Shown: in pieces, positions 1 through 8,140 of the stretch | Layout: the number at the start of each line of letters is the position of its first letter | Numbering within the stretch: the stretch's first letter is position 1 | Assembly: GCA_038245435.1 (NCBI GenBank) | Contig: JBBRSL010000006.1 | Location: 1 to 24,000 of the forward strand | From: Candidatus Saccharimonadales bacterium | GTDB taxonomy: Bacteria; Patescibacteriota; Saccharimonadia; Saccharimonadales; CAIOMD01 | Length of the DNA stretch: 24,000 nucleotides | Direction: 5' to 3' | Notes under the pieces: model-generated | What the model was told of the DNA's origin: nothing | What the model saw: the letters and a program-made list of their open reading frames with translations, nothing else | The model's database searches: none | Position numbers and translations under genes: made by a program

Positions 1-910
1 TGCCGGAGGTTTTTTTGGTTTTTGGTTTTTTAGGAGCTGCTATTACTTCGGCTTCTGCCGGTTCGTTATCGACTATGGCTATCATTTCTTGGCTATCTTT
101 GCGGAGTATATAAGTTTGTTGCGCAAGCGCCACAAGGCCACCTACAAGCCAGTATAACGATAATGCTGACGGCAAGTTAACAGATACAATAAAGATAATG
201 AACGGGATAAAAATAAGTGTAAATCGGCTGGTGGCTGCTTGGATTTCAGACTGGTCTACCTCTTTACCGGCAGCGCTGTCTTTAAATATCTGTCGCAAAC
301 CACGCTGTTCTTTGTTGGTGAGCATGAGTTGTTTGCTTTGGAAGAACTGCACAATAACACTACCGATAACTAGTATCATTGCCGGTATGTACAAACCTTT
401 AGGGCCGAGTGCTGGCTGTGCAAGGTTAACGAACCCTACAAGTGTTTCGTCAAACGACTTAATGTTCTTTGCGAGCTGTTCGAGATATGGCAAGTTCTGT
501 ACCCAGCCATAGGTGTTGGTGACAATAGCTTCAGGGTTTTTAACAATTTTTGTAATGCCTTGGTACAGCGCAATAAGAATTGGTAGCTGCACAATAATTA
601 TGCCAATTGAGCTAAATGGGTTAACGCCCTTTTCTTTGTAAAGCTCCATCATAAGCGCTGATTCTTTTTGCTTGTCGCCAGCGGCCGCTTTTTTTATCTT
701 TTTCATTTCTGGCTGCAGCTTTTTCATCGCTATAGCGTTGTGTAGCTGCTTGCGCAAAAGCGGATACATAGCCGTACGCACTAAAATCGTAAAGATAATA
801 ATAGCGACACCAAAGTTATGAAACGGCAAAAATGCCAATATAAGAATTAACAGATTAAATATCGGCTGAGCAATAAGCGCATTAAATAGGTTGCCAATGA
901 AGCTAAACAT
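1..910 (-). CDS. yidC: Membrane protein insertase YidC/Oxa1 family (3' end runs off the left window edge)
   Basis: The minus-strand frame opens at ATG (cat at 908-910) and stays open to position 2. It is absent from the ORF track because it has no stop in the window. Hand translation gives MFSFIGNLFNALIAQPIFNLLILILAFLPFHNFGVAIIIFTILVRTAMYPLLRKQLHNAIAMKKLQPEMKKIKK...MELYKEKGVNPFSS...LSLYWLVGGLVALAQQ, followed by a basic tail KKPKTKKTSG. This is the typical YidC core. The yidC-rnpA-rpmH-dnaA synteny supports the call. Confidence 0.85.
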   Translation of the reverse strand, partial: MFSFIGNLFNALIAQPIFNLLILILAFLPFHNFGVAIIIFTILVRTAMYPLLRKQLHNAIAMKKLQPEMKKIKKAAAGDKQKESALMMELYKEKGVNPFSSIGIIIVQLPILIALYQGITKIVKNPEAIVTNTYGWVQNLPYLEQLAKNIKSFDETLVGFVNLAQPALGPKGLYIPAMILVIGSVIVQFFQSKQLMLTNKEQRGLRQIFKDSAAGKEVDQSEIQAATSRFTLIFIPFIIFIVSVNLPSALSLYWLVGGLVALAQQTYILRKDSQEMIAIVDNEPAEAEVIAAPKKPKTKKTSG

Positions 911-1006
911 AGTTGATATTAGTGTATCACAAGGGGTTAATAGACGATGGATTTTAGACTATAGATGTTAGACAACAGCGAAAAACCAACCTTACAGCAA
1001 CTAAAA

Positions 1007-1348
1007 CTAGTTTTCTTTGATTTGCGAAAGAAGCCGAATAATTATTTCTTGGAGTTCGCTGTGCTCAATAGATGAAAGTCGACTATCAAATATCGTTATA
1101 ACGACATCTTCGTTTGTGAGGTAACCAGAAGCCTGCAGCCGGACGATTTCATAAACACGCCGGCGAATGCGGTTGCGCTCTGGTGCGCTTTTGGCAACTT
1201 TTTTGCTAACCACCACTGCAACACGGAACTCAGTGCGCTTACCGCGAGTAAAACGAGCAGCACAAAACTGGCTGCGCACAGTCACGCCTTTTTGATATAC
1301 CCTTGTAAGCCCTGCCGGCCCTTGAAATCTATGTTTTTTGGTTAGCAC
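1007..1348 (-). CDS. rnpA: Ribonuclease P protein component
   Basis: A 113-aa basic ORF (MLTKKHRF...FRVAVVVSKKVAKSAPERNRIRRRVYEIVR) with the RnpA RNR-type motif. It sits immediately downstream of rpmH, as in most bacteria. Confidence 0.85.
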   Translation of the reverse strand: MLTKKHRFQGPAGLTRVYQKGVTVRSQFCAARFTRGKRTEFRVAVVVSKKVAKSAPERNRIRRRVYEIVRLQASGYLTNEDVVITIFDSRLSSIEHSELQEIIIRLLSQIKEN

Positions 1349-1415
1349 TAAGAATCCTAGTTATTTAGGTTACTTACATTGTAGCGTGAAAATCGATCGA
1401 ACTGAGTACGAAAGT

Positions 1416-1553
1416 TTAGTGGCTTAAGCGGACGCGACCTTTAAGTCGGCGGAGCTTTAGTACGAGCTTACCTGCTCGGGTGGCCATGCGCTTCATGAAG
1501 CCGTGCTCGCGTGAGCGACGTCGCTTCTTTGGTTGATATGTTCTTTTAGGCAT
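1416..1553 (-). CDS. rpmH: 50S ribosomal protein L34
   Basis: Hand translation of the minus strand from ATG at 1553 gives [45 protein letters not shown], with stop TAA at 1416-1418. This is a canonical L34 sequence, too short for the ORF track. Confidence 0.9.
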   Translation of the reverse strand: MPKRTYQPKKRRRSREHGFMKRMATRAGKLVLKLRRLKGRVRLSH

Positions 1554-1561
1554 TGCTAGCT

Positions 1562-1590
1562 AGTATAGCTCAAGAGGTGGAAAACTTCAA
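1562..1590 (-). promoter_or_regulatory. Candidate sigma70-type promoter of rpmH-rnpA with leaderless geometry
   Basis: The minus strand reads TTGAAG (1585-1590), a 17-nt spacer, TATACT (1562-1567), then 8 nt, then the rpmH ATG at 1553. There is no SD sequence. The spacer contains a DnaA-box-like TTTTCCACC. Confidence 0.45.
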
Positions 1591-1826
1591 GACAGAGGCG
1601 CGATAATATCTCATTCTGAGTCCTAAATTGCATTATAGGTTGTAAAAAGCACAGGGGTTTCTGACATATTCAACATTTTTATACACACCTGAGGGCTAGT
1701 TATCCACTGTTTGACAGATTAAGTATTTTAATGTGTATAAACCCTACCGCTGTTTGGTCGATTTTTGATTAAAAGCCGGGTGATGTAAAAAAACCTGTGG
1801 AAAACTCTGGGTTTGTTTTGTATAGT
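1576..1826. promoter_or_regulatory. DnaA-box cluster in the rpmH-dnaA intergenic region (left part of oriC and dnaA control region)
   Basis: Matches to TTATCCACA were read by eye. They are GGTGGAAAA at 1576-1584 (rc TTTTCCACC), TTATACACA at 1679-1687, TTATCCACT at 1700-1708, TGTGTATAA at 1732-1740 (rc TTATACACA) and TGTGGAAAA at 1796-1804 (rc TTTTCCACA). A possible dnaA -10 TATAGT lies at 1821-1826, and the last box overlaps its -35 position. A strong SD AGGAGG at 1881-1886 precedes the dnaA ATG. Confidence 0.55.
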
Positions 1827-1898
1827 TAATAGCAAGTACGTCCGCGTGGTGAGCGAACGAAAAGTATCAACACATATATAAGGAGGGAGTAACAAGCA

Positions 1899-3287
1899 AT
1901 GCGCGACGATACGTTGTGGCAAGCCGTCTTAGGCGAAATCGAGCTGACGGTATCGCGCGGGAGCTATGTTACCTGGTTTAAGAACACTCGTATCTTACGC
2001 CGTAATGATGAGCTTATTATTGTTGGCGTGCCTAATATATTTGCCAAACAACAGCTCGAATCAAAATACCGTGAACTTATTGAAAACCTGCTCACAAAAA
2101 ATGGTATCGAAAACACCGTCGTTGAATTTAAGATTCATTCAGCAACTGCTGCGAACAACAGACGAAATACAAGTGAAGCTGACGTAATCATATTGAGCCA
2201 ACCTACTGCCCCACAAACTCAAACCACCGTAGTGACCCCAAGTGGCGCGCCTAATGTTATGCACTCATATAGGCAAGGCTTGAACGAGCGCTATACGTTC
2301 GATTCGTTTATTGTTGGATCGGGTAACGAGCTGGCCTATGCAGCGTGCCAAGCAATCGCCGTAAACCCGGGCACTAAATACAATCCACTCTTTGTATATG
2401 GTGGTGTTGGACTCGGTAAAACACACCTTATACAAGCAGTTGGTAACGGTATTGTAGCCAATAACCCTAAGGCGCACGTCGTATATGCAACCAGTGAACA
2501 GTTTGTGCAAGAATTTTTAGATGCAATTCGCTACAAAAAAGTAACTGACTTTGCGGGCCACTACCGTAATGCCGACGTATTAATTGTTGATGATATGCAA
2601 TTTATCGCAGGCAAAGAAAAAACCCAAGAAGAGTTTTTTCATACTTTTAACGCCCTACATCAAGCAAACAAACAAATTATTATCAGTAGCGATAAGCCGC
2701 CAAAAGCGATACCAACCCTAGAAGAGCGCCTCCGAAGCCGCTTTGAATGGGGCATGATTGTCGATATTGGTTCACCTGACTTTGAAACACGAAGCGCAAT
2801 TCTACAAAATAAGGCTGCCGGTAATAACATAGTGTTGCCGGCTGACGTTGTAGAGTTTTTAGCCAATCAAGTACAAACGAACATTCGTGAGCTTGAGGGC
2901 GCGCTTAATCAACTGCTGGCTTTTTGTGAAATGCGCGGCATTCAGCCTGATCTACAAATTACCCAAGGGCTATTCGGTACACATCGCTCACGCCCAAAAC
3001 ATGTTTCTGCCCGCCAAGTGGTCGAAAAAACAGCTAAACATTTTCAGATTAATGTTGATGAAATACTGAGCCCAAAGCGAGATAAAGATATTGTAGTACC
3101 GCGCCAGATTGCGATGTACCTACTCAGGAGTGAGTTGCATTTGAGTTTTCCAAAAATTGCCCACGAGCTTGGCCGTAAAGACCACACCACTGCCATTCAT
3201 TCTGTTGATAAAATCGAGAAAGAAATGCATTATGATGCGCTGCTTCGTGACAATATTCGCGAGATCAAGGAGCGATTATATGTATAA
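1899..3287 (+). CDS. dnaA: Chromosomal replication initiator protein DnaA
   Basis: 462 aa. It has Walker A GGVGLGKTHL, Walker B ADVLIVDDMQF and the domain IV signature KDHTTAIHSVDKIE. An SD lies upstream, and the dnaA-dnaN-recF synteny supports the call. Confidence 0.96.
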   Translation: MRDDTLWQAVLGEIELTVSRGSYVTWFKNTRILRRNDELIIVGVPNIFAKQQLESKYRELIENLLTKNGIENTVVEFKIHSATAANNRRNTSEADVIILSQPTAPQTQTTVVTPSGAPNVMHSYRQGLNERYTFDSFIVGSGNELAYAACQAIAVNPGTKYNPLFVYGGVGLGKTHLIQAVGNGIVANNPKAHVVYATSEQFVQEFLDAIRYKKVTDFAGHYRNADVLIVDDMQFIAGKEKTQEEFFHTFNALHQANKQIIISSDKPPKAIPTLEERLRSRFEWGMIVDIGSPDFETRSAILQNKAAGNNIVLPADVVEFLANQVQTNIRELEGALNQLLAFCEMRGIQPDLQITQGLFGTHRSRPKHVSARQVVEKTAKHFQINVDEILSPKRDKDIVVPRQIAMYLLRSELHLSFPKIAHELGRKDHTTAIHSVDKIEKEMHYDALLRDNIREIKERLYV

Positions 3288-3303
3288 ATTTATGTCATAC
3301 ATA

Positions 3304-3526
3304 TGTGGAGAAGCTGCTCATAAGTTTGGGTACAAAAGTGTGTGTAACTTACCGACTTTTACACATAACCCACTAAATACTTTTTTGGCTGATTTTTTGA
3401 AAAGTTATACTCAGTTTTATACAAGTCTTTATAACCCTGCTTATACACATAAATGTATGCAATTTATACCTGTTAAATCGCAGTTTTACACACTATACAC
3501 AGGCCCTACTATAACTACTACTTTAA
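3304..3526. promoter_or_regulatory. oriC (right part): DnaA boxes followed by a GC cluster and a DnaA-trio-like run in the dnaA-dnaN spacer
   Basis: Boxes are TGTGGAGAA at 3304-3312 (rc TTCTCCACA, 8/9), TTTTACACA at 3357-3365, TTATACACA at 3441-3449, and an abutting pair TTTTACACA at 3484-3492 plus CTATACACA at 3493-3501. Next comes GGCCC at 3502-3506, then top-strand CTA CTA TAA CTA CTA CTT TAA at 3506-3526. Read 3'->5' on the bottom strand this is GAT GAT ATT GAT GAT GAA ATT. AT-rich sequence follows up to the dnaN start. Confidence 0.6.
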
Positions 3527-3551
3527 ATAACTAACTAATAAGGGAACGACC

Positions 3552-4640
3552 ATGAAGCTCCAAGTCACACAAGAAAATTTCGCCAAAGCACTCAACGACG
3601 TTGCTCGTGTAGCTGCAGGTAGCCGTAATCAACTACCTATTTTAAATAACGTTTTACTGCGAACTGTAGAAAATCGTTTAACTGTTTCTGCTACTAACCT
3701 TGAAATCGCGATTACTGAACGTATTGGTTCAAAAGTACAAACCGAGGGCGCTATTACGGTGCCTGCACGTTTAATCCAGGAATATGTTTCGAGTTTACCT
3801 AGTGGAGTGCTTGATTTAGAGCTTGAAGACCATAAACTTCACATCAGCACGGACCAATACAAATCGACAATTAATGGGGTATTAGCAGATGAATTCCCTG
3901 TTTTGCCAGAAATTAATAGCGAAATACGATTTAGCATCCCTACAAAAGATTTAAAAAAGGGCTTACAGCAAGTTGTTTTTGCTGCCAGTGGTGATGAGAC
4001 TCGACCTGTTTTAACAGGGGTTTATCTACATACACACGAAGGCTTTTTGTATGCAGTTGCTACCGATAGCTACCGTTTAGCCGAAAAGCAGCTTATTAAA
4101 ACATCTCAAAACATCTCTCTGCTCATCCCTGCAAGCTCACTTCAAGATTTACTGCGTATATTGCCTGATACAGTAGAAACCGTAGAAGTGTTTGCCGATA
4201 GCCAACAAGCATTATTCACAGCTGGCGATATAGAGCTTGTGACACGTTTAATCGATGCTACCTATCCTGACTATCGCAAACTAATCCCAGGCAGCTTTAC
4301 AACGACTGCTAAGCTCGCACGTGATGAATTTATTAACATCACTAAGGTATCAAGTTTGTTTGCCCGTGAAAGTGCCGGAAGCATTACGATTCATGTTGCT
4401 GACAATAATATTAGTATTACCTCAATTGCATCACAGCTTGGCGAAAACACCTCTAGTGCAGCTGCTGAGGTTGAAGGTGAAGGCGATGTAACGCTCAATT
4501 CTCGCTATTTACTCGATGCGCTCAATGCTTTTAGTACCAAAGATACAAGTATTAATTTTAACGGCAAGCTTGAACCATGTGTGATTAAAAGCAGCGAAGC
4601 CGCAGATTACACACACGTTGTTATGCCTCTTAAAAGCTAA
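3552..4640 (+). CDS. dnaN: DNA polymerase III beta sliding clamp
   Basis: 362 aa. The N-terminus MKLQVTQENFAKALNDVARVA...LPILNNVLL...LTVSATNLEIAI is typical of DnaN, and the C-terminus is ...VVMPLKS. Its position after dnaA supports the call. Confidence 0.94.
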   Translation: MKLQVTQENFAKALNDVARVAAGSRNQLPILNNVLLRTVENRLTVSATNLEIAITERIGSKVQTEGAITVPARLIQEYVSSLPSGVLDLELEDHKLHISTDQYKSTINGVLADEFPVLPEINSEIRFSIPTKDLKKGLQQVVFAASGDETRPVLTGVYLHTHEGFLYAVATDSYRLAEKQLIKTSQNISLLIPASSLQDLLRILPDTVETVEVFADSQQALFTAGDIELVTRLIDATYPDYRKLIPGSFTTTAKLARDEFINITKVSSLFARESAGSITIHVADNNISITSIASQLGENTSSAAAEVEGEGDVTLNSRYLLDALNAFSTKDTSINFNGKLEPCVIKSSEAADYTHVVMPLKS

Positions 4641-4660
4641 TAGATTACAATAAACAGTAA

Positions 4661-5740
4661 ATGTCCCAATTTACACTTACTGCGCTGCGCCTGCGTCAAT
4701 TTAGGTCTTATAACGAATACGCCATTGAGCTTTCTACCGGGGTTAATATTGTAGTTGGGCCAAATGCTAGTGGTAAAACAAATCTACTTGAATCGATACT
4801 ACTCATAACTGGATCACCTTCGTTTCGCGCCCAATTTACGCATGTCATAGAGCAAGGTACTGAATGGGCTCGCATTGATGGTGAATCTGGTGATAAAAAA
4901 AGAACACTAAAAATTGAACAAAATCAGCAGCTCACAAAACGAACCTACGAACTTGATGGCTTAACAAAGCACCGCTTGAGTTATACAGATACCATACCAG
5001 TAGTAGTATTCGAACCCGAGCATATGAGGCTACTCACAGGCTCTCCTGAGCTGCGTCGCTCGTTTTTCGACACAATACTCGCAGAGCTTCATCCTGTATA
5101 CCAAAAGGACCTTACAGCCTATAAGCGGACGTTGGCCCAGCGCAACCGATTACTTAAAACAAAACCAGCGAGCTTAGAACAACAATTATTTGCCTGGAAT
5201 GTACGCTTATCGCAGCTTGCGGGGCTTCTTGTAGGCCGTCGACTCGAACTTATAACAGATATAAACAAGCAACTAGCAAGTATTTATAGCGAGATTGCTC
5301 AAAAACCAACCGATTGTGCGCTCGCCTATCAAACGCCGCTTAATATCGATAACTACGAAACAAGCATGTTAAAGAAGCTAGAAGCAGATATTGAAAAAGA
5401 TATTCTACGTGGCTTTACTGGCGCTGGCCCCCACCGTGAAGATTTCACCGTGCAAATTCGCGGCCAACAAGCCGACATTACTGCATCGCGCGGCGAAACG
5501 CGCACGCTCGTATTGGCGCTTAAATTATTAGAGTTACAATTTCTAGAGCAAGCTCGGGGTAGTAAACCGCTATTACTACTCGATGATGTCTTTAGTGAAC
5601 TGGATGGTTCGCGCCGCAAAGCACTCACTCGCTACCTTCAAAACTACCAAACTATCATCACAACAACTGACGCCGATGTCGTTGTGAAAGATTTTTCTCA
5701 GCAAGCAAACGTCATTGCGCTTAGTTACCTTCAAAACTAG
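4661..5740 (+). CDS. recF: DNA replication and repair protein RecF
   Basis: 359 aa. It has Walker A GPNASGKTNLLE, an ABC-like signature region and Walker B LLLLDDVFSELD. Its position after dnaN supports the call. Confidence 0.9.
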   Translation: MSQFTLTALRLRQFRSYNEYAIELSTGVNIVVGPNASGKTNLLESILLITGSPSFRAQFTHVIEQGTEWARIDGESGDKKRTLKIEQNQQLTKRTYELDGLTKHRLSYTDTIPVVVFEPEHMRLLTGSPELRRSFFDTILAELHPVYQKDLTAYKRTLAQRNRLLKTKPASLEQQLFAWNVRLSQLAGLLVGRRLELITDINKQLASIYSEIAQKPTDCALAYQTPLNIDNYETSMLKKLEADIEKDILRGFTGAGPHREDFTVQIRGQQADITASRGETRTLVLALKLLELQFLEQARGSKPLLLLDDVFSELDGSRRKALTRYLQNYQTIITTTDADVVVKDFSQQANVIALSYLQN

Positions 5741-6191
5741 GGCCAGCAAGGAGTGATTGGTATTGCTGATAGGTTTGGAGTGGATTTTTTTCGCCACTTG
5801 CGGTAACTTGTATCCATAAATTTTGTTGGTGCTGAACAGTAATAACTATATTTTCATTATTCGCCTGTACTATAAATTTATAAGTGTAGACATCATTGTC
5901 AGAGGTACTGCCGACGGGCTTATTTGCTGTGTTTGCTTCTGGATTTTGAGTAGGGTTAGTGAAATATTTTTTTAAATAAGTATCAACAACTGTATTAATA
6001 AGTTTCTGTTCTTCTATATCTGTTGTTACTGCACTTAGGCTCTTTACGGTTGCCGATTGAAGGATTAATTCAGCCTCGTTTGGTGGTATATATACAAGCT
6101 TTCCCGAATCGGCGTTATTATTTGAAATTAATATAAATAGACCAAAGCTTATAACTATTAAAATAATGAGTGGTGTGTATTTATTTCGCAT
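5721..6191 (-). CDS. Hypothetical bitopic membrane protein, last gene of the T4SS-like operon
   Basis: 156 aa with an N-terminal TM helix (PLIILIVISFGLFILI). The remaining ~125 aa look like a helix followed by a beta-rich ectodomain, which could be VirB8/TcpC-like NTF2. That fold assignment is a guess. Its ATG at 6191 overlaps the upstream gene's stop by 11 nt, and its stop overlaps the recF 3' end by 20 nt. Confidence 0.55.
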   Translation of the reverse strand: MRNKYTPLIILIVISFGLFILISNNNADSGKLVYIPPNEAELILQSATVKSLSAVTTDIEEQKLINTVVDTYLKKYFTNPTQNPEANTANKPVGSTSDNDVYTYKFIVQANNENIVITVQHQQNLWIQVTASGEKNPLQTYQQYQSLLAGPSFEGN

Positions 6192-7608
6192 TTTTTACCG
6201 CCACAAAATATTGACCATGACTAATAAAATCACTTAAATCATAGTACCGGTCTTTTGGACTATTGTCTTCTGGGTCTGCTACTAAAACCTTATCATTTGA
6301 ATCAATTGAACGAAGTACAATGATGTGGCTATCAAATCTATACGGCCCACCTCCACCGCCACTAATAACCATTGCGCCAGCATTAAGTGCATCGCGAATT
6401 GCGGCTTTATTGTTCGCGAGCCGTTCGTACGGCAGGCCGAATTTAGTTGACCCCCATTTTGCCATTGTCTCACCCCGATATCCTGCAATTGAAACGTTTT
6501 CAGTAAAGCTATCTTTAGCGAGTGACTTTGGAGTAATTGCCGTATCTTTTTTAAATGTTGCCGCGATCATCGAATACGATGTTAGGCCGCAACCAGCGCT
6601 ATCGATATCGCTTCCACCGGAACCGTTATAGGTATCACTTCCCCACTTAGAGTCGTTTTGGCTGTAGAATACAAAATCACCGTTCGTTGGCTGGGTTGCA
6701 TCGCTTGCTGCGCATGTTGAGCCAGCTGCAGCTTGCGTGGTTGAGCCCGTTGCACTACTTGATACGCTCATACTTTTATATGTTAGTAAATCTTTTCGGT
6801 AGATTCCCTCTCTTTGCTCAAGTGCAGAAGTTCCAATAACAATACCGCCATATGCCGGGTAATTTTTACTGACTTGCTCAACAAGCGCTAGTCGGCTCTG
6901 GTAGTATTTTTTATCATTTGGCGGCAAAGAAGCGGTTGCCCACATGAGGTTGCCTTTATAGGTACTGTAGTACGTTAAAGTGTACATAAAATTTTGCGCG
7001 GTAGATGCCGGGTCGCCTAGTACAGCACCGATTCTGGTTTGGTTACCCGTAAAGAACTGGCGAGCATATAACTCGACACCTGTATCAAAACTATCATAGC
7101 CTCGGCGCCCGTCAGACCCTGAACCACCCCAAACAGAACCACTCTGCCCTATCCAGCTTGGGCTCATACCGCCGTTCATAGGGTTGAATAAGCTACTGTT
7201 GGCTATGTCGCCGCCTTCGCCAATTGCAAAAGTAACAAGTGCAAGGACATGCTCTTGAGTTACGAAATCGGATTCTGGCTTGCCGCTAATTTGTGCCATG
7301 CGCTTAAGAATACCAATCATGAACTGCTCCAAAATATACGGTGAAGTGAGCCCGCTCTTGTATTTACCCTGAATATTTTTTATTTCGGCTGCAGTATATG
7401 TTGCGCCTCCATCACCAGGACATTTATTAAGGACTCCATCATTATAGAAATAAACCCCAGCTTTATACTCGCGAACCTGTTCTGCAGACTGAGCAAAAAT
7501 CGTGCCATTAATAGATATGGCCACTACAAGCGTTACGAACAACCAACCAAGATTACGTAGCTTAATCAAGAGATATGCTCCCTGCCGCGCTAGTATAGGC
7601 AGCCGCAA
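6181..7608 (-). CDS. Membrane-anchored or secreted protein with a C-terminal papain-like (C39-like/CHAP/NlpC-P60 superfamily) cysteine peptidase domain; putative cell-wall hydrolase
   Basis: 475 aa with an N-terminal hydrophobic anchor (WLFVTLVVAISINGTIFA). A Ser/Thr/Ala linker precedes FYSQNDSKWG...DSAGCGLTSYSMIA, which holds the candidate nucleophile Cys. A later DSHIIVLRS...VLVADP holds the candidate His/Asp. The N-terminal ~250-aa domain is unassigned. The start is uncertain, since TTG at 7569 would reduce the 47-nt overlap with the upstream gene. Confidence 0.6.
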   Translation of the reverse strand: MRLPILARQGAYLLIKLRNLGWLFVTLVVAISINGTIFAQSAEQVREYKAGVYFYNDGVLNKCPGDGGATYTAAEIKNIQGKYKSGLTSPYILEQFMIGILKRMAQISGKPESDFVTQEHVLALVTFAIGEGGDIANSSLFNPMNGGMSPSWIGQSGSVWGGSGSDGRRGYDSFDTGVELYARQFFTGNQTRIGAVLGDPASTAQNFMYTLTYYSTYKGNLMWATASLPPNDKKYYQSRLALVEQVSKNYPAYGGIVIGTSALEQREGIYRKDLLTYKSMSVSSSATGSTTQAAAGSTCAASDATQPTNGDFVFYSQNDSKWGSDTYNGSGGSDIDSAGCGLTSYSMIAATFKKDTAITPKSLAKDSFTENVSIAGYRGETMAKWGSTKFGLPYERLANNKAAIRDALNAGAMVISGGGGGPYRFDSHIIVLRSIDSNDKVLVADPEDNSPKDRYYDLSDFISHGQYFVAVKNAK

Positions 7609-8137
7609 TGGAATCTGGAAGTACTGCTATATCGTCGCTCAAGGTATCGTTGCTTGGGATAATCTTTCGTATTTGCCACTCACCATACACATATTGAATC
7701 GCCGCTACGTAATATGCGCCACCATCAGTGGTTCTAAAAGTACCAACATACCAACTACCGTTTTCTAAAAACTCACCAGAAGTTACGGTATAGTCTTTGG
7801 CGTCGCTTGGTGCATTACGGGCATTCACAAAAGTGTCAAATGGTTTTATGGGATCTAGTTGGATCGTTACTGGTACGAACGGTAGTGAGTATATTTTTTT
7901 CTGATATGGTGCGGTATCTTTTGTAATGACTCGTACGCTATAGATTCCCGGGCGTAGCTTAAGTTCTTTTGTATCTGAGAAGCGATTATTATTTATGTAA
8001 AATGTAGCAGTATCTTTATTGGTGCTAATGGTGCTGAATCCAAATAAAAGATAGACCACCAAAAATACATTTAATACTAAAAAGAATATAACCCAAGTTC
8101 GTATTTGTTTTAAGGTATTCGGAATTAAAATATTCAT
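7562..8137 (-). CDS. Hypothetical bitopic membrane protein (beta-rich ectodomain, possibly PEGA-like)
   Basis: 191 aa with an N-terminal TM helix (WVIFFLVLNVFLVVYLLFGF). The segment FYINNNRFSDTKELKLRPGIYSVRVITKDTAPYQKKI resembles a PEGA-type beta-sandwich. It starts 3 nt after the upstream stop. Confidence 0.55.
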   Translation of the reverse strand: MNILIPNTLKQIRTWVIFFLVLNVFLVVYLLFGFSTISTNKDTATFYINNNRFSDTKELKLRPGIYSVRVITKDTAPYQKKIYSLPFVPVTIQLDPIKPFDTFVNARNAPSDAKDYTVTSGEFLENGSWYVGTFRTTDGGAYYVAAIQYVYGEWQIRKIIPSNDTLSDDIAVLPDSIAAAYTSAAGSISLD

Positions 8138-8140
8138 TTG

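Noticed and set aside
198-512. 104-aa plus-strand ORF from the track
   Set aside because: It lies entirely antisense to the well-supported yidC frame. It has no SD or recognisable motifs and has Cys/Ser/Leu-rich composition typical of antisense artefacts.
1728-1922. 64-aa minus-strand ORF spanning the dnaA upstream region
   Set aside because: It covers the DnaA-box and promoter region and overlaps the dnaA start. It has no motif support and is most likely a chance ORF in AT-rich DNA.
3157-3534. 125-aa plus-strand ORF covering the dnaA 3' end and the dnaA-dnaN spacer
   Set aside because: It overlaps dnaA in another frame, and the remainder is the DnaA-box and trio region. Its Tyr/Thr/Phe-rich translation reflects TACACA-type repeats, not a protein.
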